A stretch of DNA of 36,211 nt from Opitutales bacterium (GCA_965226885.1 CBDDEL010000007.1:1-36211); one strand, 5' to 3'. Counted from the stretch's first letter, positions 9,263 through 18,950 are shown. Translations and numbers: made by a program. The notes: generated from the sequence alone by a model not told the origin.

Positions 9263-10054
9263 TTATGGCATTTCTTTATCAAATAGTGACGAAATATCTT
9301 GACGCTGCCAAACAGTAGCCAGGGAAACGCTCCACTGAAATTTTCTGGCGTGTTCGCGGATCAGAAACGGCATGTCTTTTTCGACCAGTAGCTCAAAATT
9401 TCGAGAAAGCTCGTCTTGCAGCGCCCTACAGGGATCTTTCTGGCCGTCGGATGCGCCGGGCCAGTTGGTGGACGGTGTAAATTCCTCCAGCCAAGTGTGA
9501 GGCGTGACCAAAATAAGCTGGCCGCCCGGTTTCACAAGATCCGGCAGCCGGTTGATCAAACGCTCTGGATGAGCCATTCGGCAGAGCAGATTGGCGGCGT
9601 GAACCACATCGAAAGGCTGGAACTCTTGCGGGTCGCAGTGGGCATCCCCGACAGCAAATTGCACCCGTTGAGGGTCGATGCCCTCTGGCAAACGGGCCAC
9701 CGCAGGTACTTCCAGGTTGGCTATTTGTTTAAATTTATAATCGAGGAATCCGTTTTGTTGCAGGGTCCGGGCCGCCTGGATAAAGGCTTCCGAATAATCG
9801 ATGGCCTGAACCTCGGTGCAATATCGGGCCAGCTCGAAACTGGAACGGCCCACGGCGCACCCAAGGTCGAGAGCGCGAGCCCCGGCGGGTAATTCATCGG
9901 GGCGAAGACATTCGCGCACCGTGCGTTGGGGAAAATTGAGTGCCTCTCGCGGGCCGAAATCGTAGGGAAGGATTTCCTCCTCCCGGCCATAATGAAAGAG
10001 CAGGTATTGGTGGAGGATGCTTTTGCTCTCGTAGCCGGGCGCGCTTGCCGTCAT
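9263..10054 (-). CDS. Stand-alone SAM methyltransferase resembling the OvoA C-terminal domain (putative mercaptohistidine N-methyltransferase family)
   Basis: YES..L.QYLLFHYG, NFP, RALDLGCAVGRSSFELAR, AANLLCR, TPHTWLEEFT and PFLIREHARKFQW match the OvoA C-terminal methyltransferase pattern. Confidence 0.8.
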   Translation of the reverse strand: MTASAPGYESKSILHQYLLFHYGREEEILPYDFGPREALNFPQRTVRECLRPDELPAGARALDLGCAVGRSSFELARYCTEVQAIDYSEAFIQAARTLQQNGFLDYKFKQIANLEVPAVARLPEGIDPQRVQFAVGDAHCDPQEFQPFDVVHAANLLCRMAHPERLINRLPDLVKPGGQLILVTPHTWLEEFTPSTNWPGASDGQKDPCRALQDELSRNFELLVEKDMPFLIREHARKFQWSVSLATVWQRQDISSLFDKEMP

Positions 10055-11220
10055 GCGGCTGTGGTTTTTCCTTCCAGTAACCCGATTATATAGGGGGCCG
10101 GCCGATAATGGCGAATAATCACCTCGGTTTGACCACCGCGCACCATGCGCACCTCGTGCAATTTGAATTCGGGGGTTTTATGAGGCGCGTATAGTATGTC
10201 GTCGTGGGAGGCATTGGCTTTTTCCTTGAACAAATCCGGGGTTAGGTGGCCGCCGAGATGGTCGCTGCGGCCGGTGGCAACATGGACCGTACCAAGAATT
10301 TTTTCATCCTGAATGTCGCGACCGGAAAAGGGCAGGACCTGGGTGCCCAGGCCGAGTTCACCAATAGCCCCGGTCATGGGATCGGAGAGCAGTTTTTTAT
10401 TATGAGCCTCTACTTGGGCGGAATCGCCGCTGATCAACCGGGCTTCTTTAATGAACCCTCCGGCCACCCGCAACATGCTGATGGTGCCGTCGCTGTATTT
10501 GAAAGGGAAGCTGCCCTCAGCTCCTTCGGGGACATAATAAACCTCTCCGGCCGGCAGGTTGGCCACATCGGGTTTACCGGGCGGGCAAAGGCCGTGGCTT
10601 TTTTGAGCTTCCTGCCCATTGCAAATGAGCCTGAGGGTTGATTTTTCCCCGCCGACTTCGAAATCGATCTCGAAATAATCGGCCCGTGTCAGGCCGAGTC
10701 TGAGGGTTTCGGTGTCATGGCTCACCTCATTGTAATCGACCGCCAGCCCGGTGTTGAGGATCACCTGGTTGAGCCCATGCAAGGTGGCCCCACGAAAACC
10801 AAACTCTTTGGCTTTGGCCGTCAAGGGGGCCGTGGCGGAGAAGGTCGAAATCGTCAGGATAATCTCGTAATTCGGGTAAATATCCTTGTCTAGGCTCAGC
10901 TGCTTGCCTTGGGGATCGTAGACATCGTCATCCATGTCGAGGTTGCTGCCGCCGGTTTCCCGGTAGGCAAAAAAATCGCCGCCCGTAAAATTTAAATCCT
11001 CCATAGCCCCCTCTCCGAAACCATTGTAAAACACCTCATAGCCGCACTTCTGAATAGTTCTGGATTCATCCTTTAAAAAGGCAAAATCCTTAACTTGAGT
11101 CGGATCGGGCAGATCGATTAATAGGCACAGGCGCTCGCCCCGGCCTTGGCCAAAACAAGTGCGCATTAACCGCGTCAGGCTGAACGAGGGAAAATTTCTT
11201 TCGGAAGAGTCCAGGATCAT
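10051..11220 (-). CDS. M29 (thermophilic metalloprotease/aminopeptidase T)-like protein
   Basis: NLPAGEVY, IGELGLGT, DEKILGTVHVATG and SHDD give the E/E/E/H/HxD metal-ligand pattern of the M29 fold; ATGA overlap with the downstream gene. Confidence 0.72.
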   Translation of the reverse strand: MILDSSERNFPSFSLTRLMRTCFGQGRGERLCLLIDLPDPTQVKDFAFLKDESRTIQKCGYEVFYNGFGEGAMEDLNFTGGDFFAYRETGGSNLDMDDDVYDPQGKQLSLDKDIYPNYEIILTISTFSATAPLTAKAKEFGFRGATLHGLNQVILNTGLAVDYNEVSHDTETLRLGLTRADYFEIDFEVGGEKSTLRLICNGQEAQKSHGLCPPGKPDVANLPAGEVYYVPEGAEGSFPFKYSDGTISMLRVAGGFIKEARLISGDSAQVEAHNKKLLSDPMTGAIGELGLGTQVLPFSGRDIQDEKILGTVHVATGRSDHLGGHLTPDLFKEKANASHDDILYAPHKTPEFKLHEVRMVRGGQTEVIIRHYRPAPYIIGLLEGKTTAA

Positions 11221-11317
11221 GATACTTATTTTATAATTTTATGTTTAGTCCCCAATATTAGCCAATCCTTACAAAAAACCTCATCGGGGATATTGCTTTT
11301 CGAGAAAAAGAATTGGA

Positions 11318-13492
11318 TCAGGCGGATTTTTCAACTTTATGAGCGGCGATTAAAGGCAGGAAGTGGGAAAGCCATTTACTTGAATTTTGCGGGCCGATGC
11401 CTGAGATAGCGAGGGCCTCCTCTTTGGTCAAGGGTTGGACTGCGGCCATCTGTTGCAAAACCTGGTTGGAAAAAATACGGTAGGCGCGCAGGTTATGTTT
11501 TTTGGCCAGTGCGAAGCGTTTTTCTTTCAGGATTTGATACAATTCGGCATCGTAATCTTCATTGTCTTCTAATGTCTGTGCGCTTTTGGATCGTGCGGCT
11601 TTTAAGGAGACATTTTTTTCGGATCTGGCAGTTGTTCGTCTCACTGGCCAAGCCATCTGGATTTCGCTTTGACCTTTCATCACGGACTCGCCGAATGCCG
11701 TCAGGGTGAGCATGGGATATTCGCCCCCGGTTCTTACCACAAATCCTGCGCGCTCCATTTCCAAAAACAGATTTTTGAGATAGGTTGAACCTTCGTCCTT
11801 GAGAAGACCATAGGTGGTCAACCGGTTCAGGCCTTTGTCCAAAATTTCCGCCCGTTTACTGCCCAGGAGCATTTCCATGATGCGGTTTTTGCCGAACCGA
11901 GGATGCCAGTCGACCGATCCGTCCCGCCAGGACATACGGGCCACCCCGCTGAGGGCTTTTTGCAGTATGACCAGCTCCTCCGCGTTTGGGGTCCGCATAT
12001 TTTCCGGCGATTGGCTTTGGCAATTGTCGCAGCAGCGGCAGGCGGTCACGTCCGTTTCCCCGAAATAACGTAGAATCCAGGCTTGCCGGCAACCGGAGGC
12101 GTGGCCGTAATCGATCAGTGCCTGAAGCTTATTTTCATCCCGGTTCTTCTTCTCCGCGAGGGCTTCATCGTCGATAGGAAGATCATGCGCGGCCAGCTTT
12201 GGGTTTAAAATACGGGTGCCGCGGATGCGGGCGCCGGGAATGTCGAAGCGCTCGATGACGCGCATGCGATTGAGATGGGAAATGGCCGAGCTGACCGCCA
12301 TGCCGTTGGTCCGGCGTCCCAGTTCTTCGGTTAAGTCCTGCAGCGAAATGCGAACGGTATGATCTTTATCCGCGCGGCCCCGGAGCAAATTATAAACATT
12401 CGCCTGCAGTTCCCGGCCAGGGTTGCTTCCCTCAATGAAAAACTCCTGGATTTCCCGGTCGCGGTAGCCGAAAAACATTTCGCAGATGGCCGGAAAACCA
12501 TCCCGACCGGCTCGGCCCGCCTCTTGGTAATAAGCCTCTACGCTGCCGGGCATCTGGAAGTGGACGACGAACCGGATATCGGCCCGGTCGATGCCCATAC
12601 CGAAAGCGTTGGTGGCCACGGCGACGTCGCAGTGCGATTGCATGAATTGTTCCTGGGCCGAGACCCGCTCCTCATCGTCCATGCCTCCGTGGTAAGCGAT
12701 GTGGGAAATATCCCATTCGGCCAGGTAGGCGGCCACCGCATCCACTTTTTTACGGGTGGCGCAATAAATGATGCCCTTTTTATGCCTTTCCAGCAAGTCC
12801 GACAGCCGGGCCAGCTTCTCCTTCTCTTTATTGAGAATGGAAACGCGCAATTCCAGGTTGGGGCGTTCGAATCCGGCCACGAAGCGTTTGGGCTGGCGAA
12901 GGCGCAGAAATTGATCGATGTCTGTGCGCACTTCCGGCGTGGCGGTGGCGGTGAAAGCGGACACGGGCGGGTTGCCCAACCGGTCGAGGGCTTCCCCGAT
13001 GCGCAAATAATCGGGCCGGAAATCATGCCCCCACATGCTCACACAATGGGCTTCGTCAATAGCCATGAAGGCAATACGGATTTTTCCCATAGTTTCCACA
13101 AACCGATTGTTGCGGAAACGCTCCGGCGCTACGTAAACCAGTTTATAAACGCCATCGGCCAGTTCTCCCAGCCGCTCACTTTGTTCCCGCATAGAAAGAC
13201 TGCTATTGATAAAGGTGGCCGCAATTTTCTTTTCCCGCAAAGAATCCACCTGATCTTTCATCAGGGCGATTAAAGGGGACACCACCACTGTGATCCCTTC
13301 CATGAGCAGGGCCGGCAACTGAAAACAGAGCGATTTACCGGCGCTGGTTGGCATCACGACGAGGGTGTCTCGTTTCTCCAGGATGGCGGTGATGACGCGG
13401 CTCTGCCCGAGGCGAAAAGCATCGAAACCGAAGAATTTGCGGAGGGCTTGCTCAGGTTTCATACCAGTGGGGGTAGGGTTCGCGGCGTCCAT
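11318..13492 (-). CDS. recQ: RecQ-family ATP-dependent DNA helicase with Zn-binding, RQC and HRDC regions (start 13492 or 13462)
   Basis: MPTSAGKS, SPLIALMKDQV, DEAHCVSMWGHDFRPDY, ATNAFGMGID, YYQEAGRAGRDG, CR...CRCCDNC and an HRDC-like C-terminus. Confidence 0.92.
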   Translation of the reverse strand: MDAANPTPTGMKPEQALRKFFGFDAFRLGQSRVITAILEKRDTLVVMPTSAGKSLCFQLPALLMEGITVVVSPLIALMKDQVDSLREKKIAATFINSSLSMREQSERLGELADGVYKLVYVAPERFRNNRFVETMGKIRIAFMAIDEAHCVSMWGHDFRPDYLRIGEALDRLGNPPVSAFTATATPEVRTDIDQFLRLRQPKRFVAGFERPNLELRVSILNKEKEKLARLSDLLERHKKGIIYCATRKKVDAVAAYLAEWDISHIAYHGGMDDEERVSAQEQFMQSHCDVAVATNAFGMGIDRADIRFVVHFQMPGSVEAYYQEAGRAGRDGFPAICEMFFGYRDREIQEFFIEGSNPGRELQANVYNLLRGRADKDHTVRISLQDLTEELGRRTNGMAVSSAISHLNRMRVIERFDIPGARIRGTRILNPKLAAHDLPIDDEALAEKKNRDENKLQALIDYGHASGCRQAWILRYFGETDVTACRCCDNCQSQSPENMRTPNAEELVILQKALSGVARMSWRDGSVDWHPRFGKNRIMEMLLGSKRAEILDKGLNRLTTYGLLKDEGSTYLKNLFLEMERAGFVVRTGGEYPMLTLTAFGESVMKGQSEIQMAWPVRRTTARSEKNVSLKAARSKSAQTLEDNEDYDAELYQILKEKRFALAKKHNLRAYRIFSNQVLQQMAAVQPLTKEEALAISGIGPQNSSKWLSHFLPLIAAHKVEKSA

Positions 13493-13909
13493 TTTTAGTA
13501 ACCGGCGGCAGAGGCGATAGCCTCCTGTGATGGACGATAGAGGGCATAAAATGCGCCCACGGAAAAATTTACGACAACTTCGCCGAAAGCAATCGAGGCC
13601 AGCGTTGAATTGGCCAGGACTGCCAGGAAACATATGGGGGCGGGTCGCATCTTTATAAAATTTCCAATTATTGAGAAAAAGCGCCAGTTCAAAAAAAGCA
13701 AATTCGCTTATTTAGAGGCTGTCCCAAAAGGGTGATTTTTGCGAGGGCTTTTGATAGGCGCTCATTTTAGAGGTATCTGCATTTGGGAGAGTATCAACTT
13801 TGCTCTCCTATGACGTTAGGATACTGGTTTTGGGGTCCGGTTGCCTGGTTTTCTTTGTATGAGCCGACAGTACGGCTGTGAAAAAGTATTGTCCTTGCTT
13901 TTCCGCTCT

Positions 13910-15433
13910 CTAGGCCGCCGCTTTGGTTTTTAGTTCGTCTTGCTGGGCCAGCATCTTGGCTACTTTCCATAGGTTGTGCGAGAGTACCGACCAGGCTACG
14001 CTGATCGAGCGGTTGGCAAAGCCTTTGCTGCGCAACCGCCCGGCCTGCCAGCGATTCTTCAATACCCCGATCCGCCCTTCGGTGCTGGCCCGGCGCTTTT
14101 GCAATTGTCTGAACAGTGGTTCCTCCATCCGTTTTTTCAACTGCTTCGGATCGCGTGGACAGAGCGCGTCGTAGATTCCCTCCTGGGCTAACTGCCGGCG
14201 GGCCCGCTGGGAGGCAAATCCCCGGTCCGCGCACATGGCCGCTATGGGTTCTTCCAGGTTGAAGCGGTTCTGTCTTTGCAAACTCTCTTGCATTTGTTCA
14301 TTTTCGCTTGGAGTTCGGCTGCCGTAGAGTTTCCAGTCCAGCAGGTACCCTTCAACGCTTTCTCCCAAAAACAGGGTGTTGCCGAACTCGACCTCTTGGC
14401 CCGCTTTACCTCGCACAATCACCTGCCCATCGAGTTCGTAAACACTCAAGACTTTCTCTGCGTTTTTCACCTGGCGGCCGCCAATGATCCGCTCGTGCGC
14501 CTGTTTGATGACCACCGGGATTTGCTCGCTCATGCGCTCCATCCGGGCGAGGATCTGTTGGACCTGTTTTTCGCTGTAATCGCTTTGCTCCCAGCAGGCT
14601 TGCAATAATTCCCGGTGACTGCGGGCATGCTCCCCGATCCGTTTGAGCAGCTTTTTCATCTGCCTCAAGATACCCTTGCGCTGCCGCGCGCTGTCCTTTC
14701 GCCGCCGGCTGTGGGTCATCTGTATGCACAGCCGATTCATCTGCCGAGCCAAGGGCTCCGGTTCGATCGGCATGCGATGGCGCAAACCGGCCTTCTCGCG
14801 GATCAGCCGGATCGCTTTGAGCAACGTGCCGGCTACATCCTTGAGTAATACCCAGTCCGTCGGCCAATGAATGTTAGCCTCTAAACAGGTGCCGTCGATC
14901 AGGCAAAAGGTGCCGTCGATCAGGCAAAAGGTGCCGTCGATCAGGCAAATGGTGGTGTCAATCGGCTTGTCCAATCCCACCTGCCGGGCCAGAAGGGCAT
15001 CGCCCACCACCTCAGTCAAGGTCCGGTGCAAGGCCCTCAACTGCTCTTCGCTGAAAAACTTCGAGGCCCGCTCCAGGGTGCTTTTGGAGATGCCCCTGAT
15101 GCCATCGATCTGCCGGACACGGCAAAAGTCGGCCAACAGATCGCTGCTGCCCAGAGCCCGCGACAAATGCCGAAACGAAATCCCTCCGAGCAGACGGCCC
15201 AGCGTATCCATGCGCAGTGCCTTGATGGCAGAACTGGCCCGCTGCCGCCGGGCCTTTAGACCCATTGGCGGCCACCCCTCCAAGGCCAGCTCAATGGCCT
15301 GCGATTCCACCTCCGAGTCGATCAGCAGCCGATCGATTCGATCAATGGTGGCGCGGAAGTTATCGTAATCGAGGCACCGGTCGACCACAGTTAAAGCTGG
15401 ACGCAGGAGGCATTGGATGGCTATATTTTTCAT
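13910..15433 (-). CDS. DDE transposase, copy 2 (507 aa) with a 14-aa in-frame insertion
   Basis: Same protein as copy 1 except (I/F)CLIDGT x3 and the substitutions F>S, V>L and R>M. Confidence 0.85.
   Translation of the reverse strand: MKNIAIQCLLRPALTVVDRCLDYDNFRATIDRIDRLLIDSEVESQAIELALEGWPPMGLKARRQRASSAIKALRMDTLGRLLGGISFRHLSRALGSSDLLADFCRVRQIDGIRGISKSTLERASKFFSEEQLRALHRTLTEVVGDALLARQVGLDKPIDTTICLIDGTFCLIDGTFCLIDGTCLEANIHWPTDWVLLKDVAGTLLKAIRLIREKAGLRHRMPIEPEPLARQMNRLCIQMTHSRRRKDSARQRKGILRQMKKLLKRIGEHARSHRELLQACWEQSDYSEKQVQQILARMERMSEQIPVVIKQAHERIIGGRQVKNAEKVLSVYELDGQVIVRGKAGQEVEFGNTLFLGESVEGYLLDWKLYGSRTPSENEQMQESLQRQNRFNLEEPIAAMCADRGFASQRARRQLAQEGIYDALCPRDPKQLKKRMEEPLFRQLQKRRASTEGRIGVLKNRWQAGRLRSKGFANRSISVAWSVLSHNLWKVAKMLAQQDELKTKAAA
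14887..14949. repeat. Perfect 21-bp tandem triplication
   Basis: AGGTGCCGTCGATCAGGCAAA x3; copy 1 has a single unit near 2628-2648. Confidence 0.97.
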
Positions 15434-15624
15434 AGAAAGGGCTATATTGATTTTCGCTAACTCAATTATAGAACCCTTTTTTGGCCGGATCGAGCAAAAA
15501 CTTGCTCTTTCCGGCTCTTTTTATCAACGTCATCCAGTTGACTATAAAATCTTTATATTTTTGGGACAGCCTCTATTTAAGGTTACACCACACTATGGCT
15601 GGACGAGCGCCGGAGATCGGTTGT

Positions 15625-17502
15625 ATGTTTTTCAGCCTTGTGAATTGGTTACGTAAACTTTCAGTCAACATTCGTCGCGGCATTGTTTATTTGGCGCAAT
15701 ATAACCGCCTCGAATTATTTCCCCTAGTGAAGGCGTTGCGCGGTTATGGGGGCGCTGAAGCCAGGCGGGATATTAAGGCCGGCATCAATGTGGCCCTGCT
15801 CGCCCTGCCCCAGGGAATGGCCTATGCCTACATCGCGGGGCTGCCCATCCATTACGGCATTTATGGCTCCGCCTTGGCCACCTTAGTGGGGCCGATCTTT
15901 TCCGGAACCCGCTTCATCATGCTGGGGCCGACCAATGCGACGGCTGTTCTGCTTTTCACCTCTTTCATGGCTTTCAATATCACCCAGGCGGAAAAACTGG
16001 CTTTGATGCCTCTTCTGGTTTTGATGATTGGCCTATTCCTGGTCGTGGGCGCTTTTTTCCGGGTCGCAAATTTTATCCAGTACGTCTCCCGGACCGTCGT
16101 CACGGGTTACATTACGGCGGCGGCCCTATTTATTGTGGTCAACCAGATTCGTAAGATTTTTGGGGTTGATTTTGCTATTCCCGAGGGAACCACTTTTTTC
16201 GGATTGTTGGGGCTGACTATCGAGTCCCTGCCTGGCTTTCATGGTCCTTCAGTCATCCTCGCACTGGCCACGGCGTGCGCCTTCGTCTTTTTGCAGAAAA
16301 AATTTCACGCCCTCCCCAATGTGGCAATCTGCATGGTATTAGGCTCTTTGCTGGCTATCGGGCTGGTGATAGCCGCCCACCAATTCACTGCCCTTTCCAA
16401 CTGGCGATTCGATGAGGTGCTTATGCTTGCCGCGATCGACGTCAAAACATGGTCGCTGACCCTTCCCCCCCTGGATGCGGCCTGGATCAGCCAGTTAGCC
16501 GGAACAGCCCTCATCATTGCCTTTCTCTGCATCCTTGAGGGAACTTCCATCGGAAAATCGTTGGCCGCCCAGTCCGGCCAGCGCCTGGACGCCAACCAGG
16601 AAATGTTCGGCATGGGCATGGCCAACATAGCCTGCGCCTTTTTCTCCGGGATGCCCGCCTCGGGCTCGCTTAGCCGGTCCAAATTGAACGCGGCCAGCGG
16701 GGCGGCGGCCACGGGCCTGGCCAGCCTGCTGTGCGGAGCGGTTTGCGCCGTGGTGGCTATAACCCTGGGGTCTTTCACCCGGTTTATTCCTCAACCGGTG
16801 CTGGGGGTGCTGGTCATCGCCATAGGCCTTTCCCTTCTCAGCCGCTTTCACATCCGCATCGCCATTAAAACCACCCGGTCGGACGCCATTGTCTTCGCCA
16901 CCACTTTTCTGGCCGCTCTCTTCATCAAGCTGGAGTTTGGGATCATTCTGGGAATCGCTACTTCCATCATTCTTTTTTTGAACAAAGCCGCGGTGCCCGA
17001 ACTGGTCGAATACACGGCCGGCGAGAGCGGCCAGCTGACCCCCCTGGGTGAGGAATCCAAACGACCGGACCTGAAGGTCTCCATTGTCCATGTGGAGGGC
17101 GCGTTGTTTTTTGGGGCGGCGGAACTGTTTCGAGACCAGATGCGGCGGGTGGTGGAAGACCCCAACTTGAAAATAGTGGTATTGAAAATGAGAAACGCAC
17201 ACCACCTCGATGCTACCAGCGTCCTTGCCTTGATGGAATTGGTCGAATCCATGCGGCGGCACGACCGTCATTTGCTGGTCAGCGAGGCGCGCAAACCGGT
17301 GATTCGGGTTTTTAAAAATTCGGGCCTCATTGAGGTCATCGGGAGGGAAAATATATTTGCCGACGCAGCCCAGAACCCGACCCTTTCCACGGCCAAGGCG
17401 CTGCGGCGGGCAAAGGATATTCTCGGCGGGGAAGAGGCCGAGGTCAGCATTTATGTGGGAGAACGGAAAAAATCAAATGAAACCGTTGGCTCCGATAGTT
17501 GA
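15625..17502 (+). CDS. SulP/SLC26-family anion transporter with C-terminal STAS domain
   Basis: DIKAGINVALLALPQGMAYAYIAGLP..YG, GPTNA, DANQE..G.AN, GSLSRS and STAS motifs G.LFFGAA, LDATSV. GGAG lies 9 nt before ATG 15625. The ORF-track start at 15481 is inside the IS. Confidence 0.92.
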   Translation: MFFSLVNWLRKLSVNIRRGIVYLAQYNRLELFPLVKALRGYGGAEARRDIKAGINVALLALPQGMAYAYIAGLPIHYGIYGSALATLVGPIFSGTRFIMLGPTNATAVLLFTSFMAFNITQAEKLALMPLLVLMIGLFLVVGAFFRVANFIQYVSRTVVTGYITAAALFIVVNQIRKIFGVDFAIPEGTTFFGLLGLTIESLPGFHGPSVILALATACAFVFLQKKFHALPNVAICMVLGSLLAIGLVIAAHQFTALSNWRFDEVLMLAAIDVKTWSLTLPPLDAAWISQLAGTALIIAFLCILEGTSIGKSLAAQSGQRLDANQEMFGMGMANIACAFFSGMPASGSLSRSKLNAASGAAATGLASLLCGAVCAVVAITLGSFTRFIPQPVLGVLVIAIGLSLLSRFHIRIAIKTTRSDAIVFATTFLAALFIKLEFGIILGIATSIILFLNKAAVPELVEYTAGESGQLTPLGEESKRPDLKVSIVHVEGALFFGAAELFRDQMRRVVEDPNLKIVVLKMRNAHHLDATSVLALMELVESMRRHDRHLLVSEARKPVIRVFKNSGLIEVIGRENIFADAAQNPTLSTAKALRRAKDILGGEEAEVSIYVGERKKSNETVGSDS

Positions 17503-17516
17503 GCCGAGGAAAGATT

Positions 17517-18218
17517 ATGGGCTCACAATGGCCGAGAATTTTTCCCGATCCGATAAAGGCCCCGGCCGATGCTCCCCTGGCTATGGGCGGCCCTCTTTCC
17601 GTCGAAATGCTGCTCTCGGCCTATGCCCAGGGAATTTTCCCCTGGTATAGCGAAGGAGAGCCCGTTTACTGGTGGAGCCCCGATCCCCGCATGGTTCTGC
17701 CCCTGGCGGATTACCACTGCCCCCACGGGCTCAAACGGGCCTTGAAGAAAGGTGGGTGGGAAATCACTTTCGACACCGCTTTTTTGGAAGTGGCGAAATG
17801 TTGCTCAACGGTTAAAAGGCGTGGACAAAAGGGCACCTGGATTACCCCCGAAATGATAAAAGCATATGGTAAACTGCACACCGAGGGCTATGCCCACAGT
17901 GTGGAGTGCTGGCGGGAAAACCGTTTGGCCGGCGGCCTCTACGGCATTTCCCTGGGAAACATTTTTTTTGGAGAGTCGATGTTTCAACACCTGCCCAATG
18001 CCTCCAAAATAGCGTTCCATTCCCTCGTGGACCGTTTGCGGGAATGGAATTTCTCCTTCATCGATTGCCAAATGGAAACGGCTCACCTGGCCTCTTTCGG
18101 GGCAAGACCGTGGCCAAGGGAAAAATTCCTCCAAGCCCTCGAAACCGGACTTGCCTTCCCAACCCGCAAAGGCAGTTGGAAAACCTCTTCCCAATCCCCC
18201 AAGACGGATACTAATTAA
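17517..18218 (+). CDS. aat: Leucyl/phenylalanyl-tRNA--protein transferase
   Basis: AYAQGIFPWY, WWSPDPR, TWIT, AHSVECW, GGLYG, FFGESMF, ASKIA and IDCQ; GAGG upstream of ATG 17517. Confidence 0.95.
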   Translation: MGSQWPRIFPDPIKAPADAPLAMGGPLSVEMLLSAYAQGIFPWYSEGEPVYWWSPDPRMVLPLADYHCPHGLKRALKKGGWEITFDTAFLEVAKCCSTVKRRGQKGTWITPEMIKAYGKLHTEGYAHSVECWRENRLAGGLYGISLGNIFFGESMFQHLPNASKIAFHSLVDRLREWNFSFIDCQMETAHLASFGARPWPREKFLQALETGLAFPTRKGSWKTSSQSPKTDTN

Positions 18219-18243
18219 GGAAGAATTGATTTCCCGCCCCAGC

Positions 18244-18609
18244 TTACAGTTCAGTGTATTTCAAACAATTGCCCCGCGATTTATGGATCGGATAATTTTG
18301 GGCGTTCCTCTCCAGTTTCTGTGCGATGGCCTCTGTCAAATCGATACCGGCCTCATTGGCAAATTCAATGGTGTAAATGATGATGTCGGCAATTTCCTGG
18401 CGGATTTCGATTGCCTTTTCAGGATCGGCTAATTGCTTCCGGCTTTGATCGGCGTCGTCCCACAGAAAATGCTCCATCAATTCGGCTGCTTCGGCCGCAA
18501 TGGCCATGGAGAGGTTTTTGGGAGAGTGAAACTGCTGCCATTCCCTCTCCTCCACAAAAGACCGGATTTTTTCTTTGATTTGGGCAATGGTGGTGGTCTG
18601 GTCGGACAT
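18244..18609 (-). CDS. MazG-like nucleotide pyrophosphohydrolase
   Basis: EREWQQFHSPKNL, EAAELMEHFLW, EIADIIIY and KLERNAQNYP. Confidence 0.9.
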   Translation of the reverse strand: MSDQTTTIAQIKEKIRSFVEEREWQQFHSPKNLSMAIAAEAAELMEHFLWDDADQSRKQLADPEKAIEIRQEIADIIIYTIEFANEAGIDLTEAIAQKLERNAQNYPIHKSRGNCLKYTEL

Positions 18610-18684
18610 TGTTCCTGGTAAAGAAAAGATAAAAAATTATCATCCAATAGAGGACATCTTATCACTGCGGACAAGGGTAATTTA

Positions 18685-18744
18685 TTCACAAATCCCTCAC
18701 AACTTTCACAAATCCCTCACAACTTTCACAAATCCCTCACAACT
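18685..18744. repeat. Perfect 20-bp tandem triplication in the divergent intergenic region
   Basis: TTCACAAATCCCTCACAACT x3; each unit contains two TCACAA. Confidence 0.97.
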
Positions 18745-18950
18745 ACTTGTTTACATAAGAAAAATAAACAATCCTACGGGGGCAGGTTATGGGTTGCAAT
18801 GCGGGACAAATTAGTTATTTTATTTTCATTGGTTTTTGGCCGGTGGAATGGCCGGAACCGATCCGGTTATAAATTACTACTTTGGGAAACTGCCTGTAAT
18901 GTTGCTGTCGCTCTTAAAAGGGAAAACTCCCAAACGTGAGGCTGGGGGAC

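Larger units (their letters stand above)
13715..15573 (-). mobile_element. IS5/ISNCY-like IS, copy 2, complete (1859 bp), with 6-bp target duplication TATTTA
   Basis: Perfect 15-bp IRs GAGGCTGTCCCAAAA (13715-13729) and TTTTGGGACAGCCTC (15559-15573); TATTTA at 13709-13714 and 15574-15579. Confidence 0.93.

Noticed and set aside
15481..15624. N-terminal extension of SulP in the ORF track
   Set aside because: It begins inside the IS; ATG 15625 has a plausible RBS.
18685..18744. Possible CRISPR array
   Set aside because: Repeats are directly adjacent with no spacers and there are no cas genes in the window.
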